In this document: piece after piece, positions 57,158 to 64,000 of the stretch
Layout: every line of letters begins with the position of its first letter
Numbering within the stretch: position 1 is the stretch's first letter
Assembly (NCBI GenBank): GCA_021604805.1
Contig: BQJR01000002.1
Span: 133,078-197,077 of the forward strand
Source of the DNA: Planctomycetota bacterium
GTDB lineage: Bacteria > Planctomycetota > B15-G4
Length of the DNA stretch: 64,000 bases
Reading direction: 5' to 3'
The notes under the pieces: model-generated
What the model was told of the DNA's origin: nothing
Databases searched by the model: none
Seen by the model: the letters and a program-made list of their open reading frames with translations, nothing else
Made by a program: the position numbers and the translations under genes

Positions 57158-58523
57158 TCGGAGAAATGCCTATCCCGTAATTCTTGCCGAGCTCGCAGTA
57201 AAGGGAAGCCAACTCAGCCAAATACTCCTGCAGCTTGCGAGCGTCTCCAACAATCGATTCAATTGGAAGCGCAGGCTCACTCGCGAAGTCAATCGTCAAG
57301 CACACTGGGCAACCACGGCGCGAGCTGCGTGAAGTCCAGTTCTTGTCCGGCACACCAAGAATGGCGACGATGCCGATCATGCGCTCCTCGAACCATCTAG
57401 CTACCTTTTCATCACCTTCAAGTCGGTAGTATAGAATCTCCTCACCCGCTTTTCCAAGACAGCGTACAGCAACGGGCTCCTGAGGATCGTCAAAAGGATC
57501 CTCATCATCTGCACCCTGAAAAACGAACCAACGCCGGGTAGGAAGCGGAAACGCTGGCTGCAGAAACTGCCTAAGTCGAAAGTCTCCCTCGCGCTCTAGA
57601 GGCTCAATGTAGGTTCGAGCATTCAGTGATTTAGAAACACCCCAAACCGTTGCACTACAGGCGTACCTATCGATTGAAACGGCGGCGTACGCGATTTTCT
57701 GCAGCAAAGCCCGCCAGTACATTCCAAATACGTTTGATGCTTCGGAGGAATCTTCTGAACCTGAAGCATCTTGGAGGTACGCCCGAAACCCTTTCAAGAA
57801 TGCGCTTGAAGGTGATAGCTCGCCCGCAATCTCTTCAAACAGCGTTTCAACCGAGCGCCTTGCAATGGGCGACCGGCGAATCCCAGCGAACAGGACTTCA
57901 CCCGCTCGGGTAGAGCGGCTCGCTGCGAGATGCGCCTCGGCCTGAACGGCAATCACGCAGTTACGCTTGAGATCTATCAGAGGCACGCCACTGAATGACC
58001 TCTCAGCGAGGACCTTGTCAGTGACGACCACAGCGTCGTACTCAGAAGTCACCTGACTGACGGGGCGGAGTTGAGGTTTCGACTCATCACTAAAGGCAAG
58101 AAGCGCAAAGTCGCCCGCGACACATGCCTTCACTCTCTCAGTTGAGAGCCTCTCAATCGAAAGCGCCTGGCGCTCGCCCGGGGATGCCGCTGAGTCACCC
58201 CCCTTCACATTCGGAGGGTGAGAGTCAAGCTTAAGCACTGCAAAATCTACATAGTGAGGTCCGAACTTGCGATAACAGACCTCCTCGACAGTGAACCCGA
58301 TCAAATCATCTGCTTGATCGGGGAATCGCACTTTGAGGTCGCGGTTAATTGCGTTTCCAAGTGCAAACAGGTGACCTGGTGCAACAACCCGATGAGCTCC
58401 CTGATCACGCCCACCTCCCAACCGAGCGAGCCAGCAGTGACAAATTCGCCGCCCACCATCAACAACAGTGCCCTCTGCTGTGACTTCAACTAACTCGGCA
58501 AGCGAATAGGAAATATTATCCAC
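57120..58523 (-). CDS. Trypsin-fold (S1/Trypsin_2-like) serine protease with an unassigned ~250-aa C-terminal domain (island gene 2)
   Basis: 467 aa. Candidate catalytic triad in canonical order and context: His in VVAPGHLFALGN, Asp in VDFAVLKLD, Ser in ERSFSGVPLIDLKRNCVIAV (the GxSGxP position). I recognise no family for the region from about aa 215 to the end. Confidence 0.75.
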   Translation of the reverse strand: MDNISYSLAELVEVTAEGTVVDGGRRICHCWLARLGGGRDQGAHRVVAPGHLFALGNAINRDLKVRFPDQADDLIGFTVEEVCYRKFGPHYVDFAVLKLDSHPPNVKGGDSAASPGERQALSIERLSTERVKACVAGDFALLAFSDESKPQLRPVSQVTSEYDAVVVTDKVLAERSFSGVPLIDLKRNCVIAVQAEAHLAASRSTRAGEVLFAGIRRSPIARRSVETLFEEIAGELSPSSAFLKGFRAYLQDASGSEDSSEASNVFGMYWRALLQKIAYAAVSIDRYACSATVWGVSKSLNARTYIEPLEREGDFRLRQFLQPAFPLPTRRWFVFQGADDEDPFDDPQEPVAVRCLGKAGEEILYYRLEGDEKVARWFEERMIGIVAILGVPDKNWTSRSSRRGCPVCLTIDFASEPALPIESIVGDARKLQEYLAELASLYCELGKNYGIGISPSEDADEKSVNEA

Positions 58524-58836
58524 CGGTAACCTGCCACTGTGCTCGAATCCTCACTGCCCCCGTTCCTCCGCACTTAATGATCCACTTCATTCCGGTTTCA
58601 CACGAAAGCTCCGCACCGAGTTCAACTTCAAGTGAAGTCGGACGAATGCCACTTGCATGCCCCACTGCGGCCGAACCGATTCTATGCACCAAACCCGCCA
58701 AGACTTGACCGATCTCTCCAAGTCGTTCGGGATTAAGTGAAGCCGCTCCGCTTTCAGCAGTTGCAACCCGCCCATCGGGGCTGGCTTGCTCGATCAGAAC
58801 GTCGACACCGTCGATGCACATTGACACGTACTGCAT
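58516..58836 (-). CDS. Small trypsin-co-occurring (Trypco / CU044_2847-like) protein (island gene 1)
   Basis: 106 aa with a GGAGGA RBS 5 nt upstream of the ATG. The pattern VDVLIEQAS...(~45 aa)...RPTSLEVELGAELSCETGMKWIIKCGGTGAVRIRAQW resembles, from memory, small proteins encoded next to trypsin-like proteases. It overlaps the protease start by 8 nt. Confidence 0.6.
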   Translation of the reverse strand: MQYVSMCIDGVDVLIEQASPDGRVATAESGAASLNPERLGEIGQVLAGLVHRIGSAAVGHASGIRPTSLEVELGAELSCETGMKWIIKCGGTGAVRIRAQWQVTGG

Positions 58837-58941
58837 CCCATCCTCCGTTAAACGTCCCCGTCCTTGCCCCTCCAGGTTTGAGCCAGCGCAGGATAGCAGA
58901 CCATTTGAGGAGGGGACCTAAAGCCACTCAGCGCCCCTCGA

Positions 58942-60933
58942 TTACCTGACGACCGCCGCCGCGCTCCACATCCCCGCCGTGTAGCTCGCGATCTTTCCCT
59001 CGATCGCTGACGCCGCCACCGTGAGCGGCGACGCGAGATACAGCTTGCCCGGCCCCGAACGCCCTTGGAAGTTGCGGTTGATCGCCGACACGCTGACTTG
59101 CTCAGTGGTCTCCGACACGCCCGGCCCGCAGCCGATGCACGCGCCGCAGCCCGGGTTGATGATCGTGACGCCGGCGGCCTTGAAGGTGTCGAGCCAGCCG
59201 CGCTCTTCGGCCACGGCTTGCGTGGCCTTGCTGCCGAACTGGATGAAGAACTCCACGCCGTCGGCGACCTTCTTGCCCGCGGCGACGGCTTCGCTCATCA
59301 CGCGCGCGTACATCTCGAAGTCGTCGACCTTGCCGGCGGTGCAGGAGCCGCCGTAGGCGATGTCGATGGCCACGTCGCCGAGCTCGTGCACGAAGGCGCC
59401 GTTGGTCGGGTCGCTGGGGATGCCGGCGTTCGGGTCACCGGGGTGCGCCACCATCGGGCGCAGCGTGGACAAGTCGATCGTGTGGACGCCGCCGTCGTAG
59501 ACCGCGCCTTCGTCGGGGGCGACGAGCGCGGCCATGAGCTCGGCCTTGCTGCGCGCGTCGCTACGGTTGGCGAGGATCCAGTCGACGAGCGCTTCGTCGC
59601 CCTCGCAGATGCCCGACTTGGCCGTGCACTCGGTGGCCATGTTGGCGAGCGTGGCGCGTTCGTCGAGCGACAGCTTCGCGAGGCCGGGGCCGCCGAACTC
59701 CATCATGCGATCGAGCGTGACCTCGTGCTTCGCGTACTTCTCGAGGATGTGCAGCATCACGTCTTTCGCCGAACAGTCGGCGGGCAACTCGCCCACCAGC
59801 TCGAAGCGCACGCTCTCGGCCACTTGCACGAAGGTGCTGCCCGACGCGATCAAGGACGCGTACTCGGTGGCCCCCACGCCGTAGGTCAGCGCGTTGTTGC
59901 CGCCGCCCATGCAGGTGTGACTGTCGGTGGCTTGGATGAAGTCGCCCGGATCCACGAAGTCGCGGCGCGCGACCTCGTGACAGATGCCGGGGCTGATGCC
60001 GTCGCGGCTCTGGTAGTCGCGCACCCCAGTGTGCTGCATGAACTCGGTCTGCAGCTCGCGCAGCGTGCCGATCTTGTCGGCGAAGGGCATGAAGCGCTTC
60101 ACGCCGTCGGCATACAGCAGGTGGTCTTCGAAGACGGCGAACTTGCTCGCGTCGGGCAACGTGTAGTCGTTCCCGTACTCGCGACGTAGGAACTCGTGCA
60201 CTTGCGCGGTCGTGAACTCGTGGCTGTAGCCGCCGTCGACCTTGGCCATGAGCGCGTCGCCGGGCTTCACGTAGTCGCCCTCGCCGATCATGTGCGCGGC
60301 GATCATCTTCTCGCCCATCGTCATCGGGCGCTTCGGCGTGCCGGGCGCGGGCACACTGATCTCGCCGGCCTTGAGCGCCTTCGCGAACGGGAACAAGCCG
60401 CCCATCTCCAACATGATCTTGGTGACGGGGTCGTAGCGCCCGGTGAACTCGTCGATCTCGATCGACTCACCGGCCTGCAAGCGCGCGAGCTGCGCGTGGT
60501 CGCCCATGAGCTGCCCGAGGTTGATGTTGTTGCGCTCGTGGATCGGCGCGAAGGACGCCGCGAACACGTATTTGATGCCGCTGAACTTCTCGCACTGCGG
60601 CGCCGTCTCGCGCGAGCTGCCGGTGCCTTTGCGGTAACCGCTCACGATGGCTTCGAAGTTGCCGTCCATGAGGCCGCGCTCGGGGATCACGCGTTCGCCG
60701 TCTTTGAGCAAGCCGGCGTAGGCGTTGAGCGCGATGTCTTCGGGGCGGTGACTGAAGCACACCCAGGCCGGGGTCATCACGTCGGTGTTGATGTCGTCGA
60801 GCAGGTCGTCGACCGAGAGGTCTTCCATGCGCAGGTTCAGCTCGCCGCGCACTTGCTTGGCGATCAGGTCGAGGTCCTTGGTGAGGAACAAGACGCGCTT
60901 GGTCGGGTCGAGCTGGATCGTGCGAGCGGCCAT
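58942..60933 (-). CDS. Aconitase/3-isopropylmalate-dehydratase family protein, swivel (LeuD-like) domain N-terminal to catalytic domains
   Basis: Starts at an internal ATG (MAARTIQLDPTKRV) of ORF 58942..60996. Swivel-domain motif GTGSSRE...ASFAPIHERNNINLG. Catalytic motifs ATDSHTCMGG, YGGSCTAGK, NPGCGACIGCG and SAINRNFQGRSG are intact. Confidence 0.88.
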   Translation of the reverse strand: MAARTIQLDPTKRVLFLTKDLDLIAKQVRGELNLRMEDLSVDDLLDDINTDVMTPAWVCFSHRPEDIALNAYAGLLKDGERVIPERGLMDGNFEAIVSGYRKGTGSSRETAPQCEKFSGIKYVFAASFAPIHERNNINLGQLMGDHAQLARLQAGESIEIDEFTGRYDPVTKIMLEMGGLFPFAKALKAGEISVPAPGTPKRPMTMGEKMIAAHMIGEGDYVKPGDALMAKVDGGYSHEFTTAQVHEFLRREYGNDYTLPDASKFAVFEDHLLYADGVKRFMPFADKIGTLRELQTEFMQHTGVRDYQSRDGISPGICHEVARRDFVDPGDFIQATDSHTCMGGGNNALTYGVGATEYASLIASGSTFVQVAESVRFELVGELPADCSAKDVMLHILEKYAKHEVTLDRMMEFGGPGLAKLSLDERATLANMATECTAKSGICEGDEALVDWILANRSDARSKAELMAALVAPDEGAVYDGGVHTIDLSTLRPMVAHPGDPNAGIPSDPTNGAFVHELGDVAIDIAYGGSCTAGKVDDFEMYARVMSEAVAAGKKVADGVEFFIQFGSKATQAVAEERGWLDTFKAAGVTIINPGCGACIGCGPGVSETTEQVSVSAINRNFQGRSGPGKLYLASPLTVAASAIEGKIASYTAGMWSAAAVVR
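58951..59453. repeat. Right direct repeat (DR-R), part of the intact aconitase-family gene
   Basis: 503 nt, equal to DR-L plus the 78-nt segment missing in DR-L. Confidence 0.85.
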
Positions 60934-61034
60934 GGTGAACTCCCGGGTCGTGTGCAGGTGCGCGCCTCGATGCTCGGCGGCGCGTGCCGTGGTCACGCGC
61001 GGTGAACACGCGCGAGGTGCTGCCCTGACATGCC

Positions 61035-61072
61035 AGCGGGCCGCGCCCTCTTCGCAGAGAGCGCGGCCCGCT
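61035..61072 (-). terminator. Strong hairpin (12-bp perfect stem) after the thiolase gene, possible terminator without a U-tract
   Basis: agcgggccgcgc (61035-61046) pairs with gcgcggcccgct (61061-61072) around a 14-nt loop. It lies between the thiolase stop (61088) and the aconitase-family start (60933). Confidence 0.5.
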
Positions 61073-61087
61073 GTGAAGCGAGCGCGC

Positions 61088-62293
61088 TCAGAGGCGCTCG
61101 ATGATCATCGCGATGCCTTGCCCGCCGCCGATGCAGGCGGAGGCGACACCGAACTGGCCGTCGCGCTTCTCGAGCGAGTGCGCCAGCGTGAGCAGCAAGC
61201 GCGTGCCCGTGGCACCCAGCGGGTGACCCAAGGCGATGGCGCCGCCATTCACGTTGCACTTGTCGCGGTCGAGTTCGAGCTCGCGCTCCACCGCCAGGTA
61301 CTGCGCGCTGAAGGCTTCGTTGATCTCGAACAGGTCGATGTCGTCGATGGACATGCCGGCCTTGGCGAGCGCGTTGCGGATCGCCGGCGCCGGGCCGATG
61401 CCCATCTCGCTCGGGTCCACGCCCACCGTGTCCCAGGACACGATGCGCGCCTTGGGCTTCCAGCCGTTGATCTCGGCGGCGCCCGCGGTGGTGAGCATGA
61501 TGGCGGCCGCGCCGTCCACGATGCCCGACGCGTTGCCGGCCGTGACCGTGCCGTCCTTGCCGAAGGCCGCGCGCAGCTTGCCGAGACCTTCGAGCGTGGT
61601 GTCGGGCTTGATGTGATCGTCGGTGTCGACGACGCCCACGACCTTCTCGCGCTTCACGATCTCGACCGGCGCGATCTCGTCGGCGAAGGTGCCGTTCTTC
61701 ACGGCCTCGGCGCCGAGCTGGTGACTGCGCAACGCGTACTCATCCTGCGCCTCACGCGAGATCTCGTAGCGCTTGCCGAGCTTCTCGGCCGTCTGCGCCA
61801 TGAACAGTCCGCAGATCGGATCGCGCAGCGAGCTCATCAACTGGTCTTCGAGCTTCCACTCCTGACCGAAGCGGTAGCCGGCGCGCGCGTTCCAAAGGAT
61901 GTGCGGGCTCTGACTCATCGACTCGGTGCCGCCGGCCAACACGGTCTTGGCTTCGTCGCACTTGATGAGGTGCGCCGCGGAAATCACCGACTGGATGCCC
62001 GAGCCGCACAAGCGGTTCACGGTGAGCGCGGGCTTCTCGATCGGGATGCCAGCCTTGAGCTGGATGTTGCGCGCGCCGTAGAGCGCGTCGGGCGAACTGT
62101 AGAGCACGTTGCCGAAGACCGTGTGGTCGACGAGTTCCACCGGCACACCGGTGCGCTCCATGGCGGCCTTGGCAGCGTGCGCGCCGAGGTCGAGAGCCGA
62201 GAAGCCGGCGAGCTTCCCGTAGCCGGGCGTGCCGTTGTACTCGGCCATGGGCGTACGCGCCCCGCCGAGGATGACGAGATCGTGCTCACTCAT
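61088..62293 (-). CDS. Acetyl-CoA C-acetyltransferase (thiolase II)
   Basis: VILGGARTPM, active-site NRLCGSGIQS, C-terminal NVNGGAIALGHPLGATG and ACIGGGQG. Confidence 0.93.
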   Translation of the reverse strand: MSEHDLVILGGARTPMAEYNGTPGYGKLAGFSALDLGAHAAKAAMERTGVPVELVDHTVFGNVLYSSPDALYGARNIQLKAGIPIEKPALTVNRLCGSGIQSVISAAHLIKCDEAKTVLAGGTESMSQSPHILWNARAGYRFGQEWKLEDQLMSSLRDPICGLFMAQTAEKLGKRYEISREAQDEYALRSHQLGAEAVKNGTFADEIAPVEIVKREKVVGVVDTDDHIKPDTTLEGLGKLRAAFGKDGTVTAGNASGIVDGAAAIMLTTAGAAEINGWKPKARIVSWDTVGVDPSEMGIGPAPAIRNALAKAGMSIDDIDLFEINEAFSAQYLAVERELELDRDKCNVNGGAIALGHPLGATGTRLLLTLAHSLEKRDGQFGVASACIGGGQGIAMIIERL

Positions 62294-62369
62294 CGCTTGG
62301 TTCCTGAACTGGGTGGTGGAGAGTCGTTGCGCCGCAGCGTTGCGGGGCGGCGCGTGTGATTAGCGTGGA

Positions 62370-63152
62370 TTACTTGCCGCTGAACTCGGCGCGACGCTTC
62401 TCGAGGAAGGCGTTCATGCCTTCCTTCACGTCGTCGGTGGAGGTGAGGAGTCCGAAGAACGTGGCCTCGTAGTTGAGGCCGTCGCTCAGCGGCATCTCCA
62501 TGCCGTGGTTCACCGCGTCGAGCGCGAAGCGGAGGGCCACCGGGCCGTGACGCGTCATGCCGATCACGGCCTTGCGCGTGGCTTCGATGAGCTCCGACTG
62601 CGGGAAGACCTTGTTGAGCAGACCGATGCGGTAGGCCTCTTCGGCGTTCACCGGCTTGGCGCTCAGGATCAGTTCCATGGCGCGGCCTTTGCCCACGATG
62701 CGCGGCAAGCGTTGCGTGCCGCCGTAACCGGGGATGATGCCGAGCGTGACTTCGGGCAGGCCGAGCACAGCGGTTTCGCTGCCGTAACGCAGGTGGCAAG
62801 CGAGCGCGAGTTCGCAGCCGCCGCCCAGCGCGTAGCCGTTCACCGCGGCGACCACCGGCTTCGGGCAGGCCTCGATGGTGTCCATCAAGCGCTGACCCTT
62901 CATGGCGAGCGGACGCGCGCTCAGCGGGCTCTGGCTGGCGAGCTCACCGATGTCGGCGCCAGCCACGAAGGCCTTCTCACCCGTACCGGTGACGATCACG
63001 GCCTTCACCGCGTCGTCGTGCGTGAGCGCGTCGAAGCAGTGCTGCAGCTCGGTGATCGTGAGATCGTTGAGCGCGTTCAGCTTGTCCGGACGGTTCACCG
63101 ACACGGTGGCGATGCCGTCGGCGTCCTCGCGCAGGATGTTCTGGTAGGTCAC
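62370..63152 (-). CDS. Enoyl-CoA hydratase/isomerase (crotonase) family protein
   Basis: GTG start. VNRPDKLNALN, VIVTGTGEKAFVAGADI and GYALGGGCELALACH are crotonase signatures. Confidence 0.9.
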   Translation of the reverse strand: MTYQNILREDADGIATVSVNRPDKLNALNDLTITELQHCFDALTHDDAVKAVIVTGTGEKAFVAGADIGELASQSPLSARPLAMKGQRLMDTIEACPKPVVAAVNGYALGGGCELALACHLRYGSETAVLGLPEVTLGIIPGYGGTQRLPRIVGKGRAMELILSAKPVNAEEAYRIGLLNKVFPQSELIEATRKAVIGMTRHGPVALRFALDAVNHGMEMPLSDGLNYEATFFGLLTSTDDVKEGMNAFLEKRRAEFSGK

Positions 63153-63155
63153 GGT

Positions 63156-64000
63156 TCAGTCCTCGTTCTTGTCGTCGGCCTTGCTCTTGGCGGCCTTCGT
63201 CTTGGGGCTCGAGCGACGCGCGGCTTTCTTGCGCGGGGCGCGCTTGGTCTTGGGCTTCTCGTCGGCGGCGTCACCGTCGTCGGACTTGTCGCTGTCCGCC
63301 TTGGCGGAGTCCTTGGCGTCGGCATCCTTGGACTTGCTGCGCGAACCGCGACCCTTGGGTGCGGGCTTCGACTCGGCCTTGTCCTTGTCGGCCTTGTCGC
63401 TCTTGTCGGCGCTCTCGTCGGCGCCGTCGTTGTCGCTCGACTCGTTGCGCGCGCCACGGCTGCGGCCGCGACCACCCTTGCTCTTGCCGTCGCCACCGTC
63501 GGAGCCACCGGACTTGCCGCCCGACTTGTTCCCGGAGCTGGCTTGCGCGTCGGGCTTGCCCTCGGCGCCTTCGTCTTCGTCGAACTCCACATCCGTGAGG
63601 TCGATGCCGTTGATGTAGATCGGGTCGCGCGGCACGGAGGTCTCGTTGAAGCGCATCTCCATGTTGGTCGGCACGTCGGCGATCTTGTCGAGCACGGCGT
63701 CGCCGTCTTCCACCTTGGCGAAAGCGGTGTAGCGCGAGTCGAGGTAGCGAGCCTCACCGTGCATGATGAAGAACTGGCAGCCGGCGCTGTGCGGGTCGTT
63801 GCTGCGCGCCATCGACACCACGCCCTTCACGTGCGGCGTGTCGTTGAACTCGGGGCGGATCGTGTAGCCGGGACCGCCGCTGCCGTCGCCCTTGGGGCAA
63901 CCGCCTTGGATCATGAAGTCTTTGAGCACGCGGTGGAACGTGAGCCCGTCGTAGAAGCCCTTGTGTGCGAGCTTGACGAAGTTCTCCACCGTGCGGGGCG
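63156..64000 (-). CDS. Cyclophilin-type peptidyl-prolyl isomerase with long Lys/Asp/Ser-rich C-terminal tail, N-terminus beyond right window edge
   Basis: (APRT)VENFVKLAHKGFYDGLTFHRVLKDFMIQGGCP...GVVSMARS...SAGCQFFI is canonical cyclophilin. The frame stays open to the window edge. The last ~140 aa are low-complexity (GGKSGGSDGGDGKSKGG...KADKDKAESKP...KSKADDKNED). Confidence 0.88.
   Translation of the reverse strand, partial: PRTVENFVKLAHKGFYDGLTFHRVLKDFMIQGGCPKGDGSGGPGYTIRPEFNDTPHVKGVVSMARSNDPHSAGCQFFIMHGEARYLDSRYTAFAKVEDGDAVLDKIADVPTNMEMRFNETSVPRDPIYINGIDLTDVEFDEDEGAEGKPDAQASSGNKSGGKSGGSDGGDGKSKGGRGRSRGARNESSDNDGADESADKSDKADKDKAESKPAPKGRGSRSKSKDADAKDSAKADSDKSDDGDAADEKPKTKRAPRKKAARRSSPKTKAAKSKADDKNED

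Larger units (their letters stand above)
55638..58950. other. Low-GC genomic island (~3.3 kb) carrying a three-gene operon, inserted behind the aconitase-family gene
   Basis: Sampled 60-nt lines inside the island (55921, 57601, 58561) give 45%, 47% and 53% GC. Line 59401 outside it gives 75%. The island is bounded by DR-L and DR-R. No integrase, transposase or tRNA is present at either boundary. Confidence 0.85.

Noticed and set aside
55683-58493. Plus-strand ORFs inside the island (55683..55964, 55931..56146, 56029..56265, 56269..56556, 56523..56783, 56860..57180, 57235..57429, 57650..57913, 58218..58493)
   Set aside because: All are short (60-106 aa), antisense to the three long minus-strand genes that have recognisable folds, and have no motifs of their own. 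An antisense small gene or RNA cannot be formally excluded without expression data.
58837-58941. Sigma-70-type promoter call upstream of the island operon
   Set aside because: The only candidate I saw on the minus strand is TTAGGT, a 20-nt spacer, then TATCCT. The spacing is non-canonical and the host consensus is unknown. Only the GGAGGA RBS before the 106-aa gene is convincing, so no promoter feature is reported.
60785-62359. 524-aa plus-strand ORF
   Set aside because: It is antisense to the thiolase gene (canonical active-site motifs) and the 5' end of the aconitase-family gene.

Overview
This is a gene-dense, high-GC bacterial chromosomal segment. Sampled lines run about 70-75% GC by eye. 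I could not compute a window-wide value or assign a lineage. The gene content loosely suggests a Planctomycetota- or Myxococcota-like organism: GldG-type ABC modules, an ECF sigma factor next to a Ser/Thr kinase with TPR repeats, many FG-GAP/VCBS secreted proteins and a prenyltransferase-like toroid protein. That is inference only.

Gene order, left to right:
- Two tandem ABC-2 exporter modules with GldG-like auxiliary proteins. One GldG-like gene is missing from the ORF track because it runs off the left edge.
- A beta-helix exoprotein and an FG-GAP protein.
- A small sulfatase-like / GT4 / sulfotransferase locus.
- A GNAT-aminotransferase pair, bfr, a dGTPase-RNase III fusion ORF, mfd, rpsT, def, ribF and tRNA-Phe.
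- An 805-aa coiled-coil protein.
- A LeuB-like dehydrogenase followed by a degenerate aconitase-fold protein.
- Two tandem metzincin paralogs, an ECF sigma / kinase pair, and a 14-repeat propeller protein.
- An aconitase-family gene, a thiolase, a crotonase and a cyclophilin that runs off the right edge.

The most interesting region is a ~3.3-kb low-GC island (~45-53% GC in sampled lines) at about 55.64-58.95 kb. It lies between two diverged direct copies of the 3' end of the aconitase-family gene. It encodes a three-gene operon: a small trypsin-co-occurring (Trypco)-like protein, a trypsin-fold serine protease with an unassigned C-terminal half, and a divergent S-adenosylhomocysteine-hydrolase-fold NAD-binding protein. 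I do not recognise this combination as any named defence or conflict system.

Most long Arg/Ala-rich ORFs antisense to these genes are high-GC shadow ORFs and were rejected.
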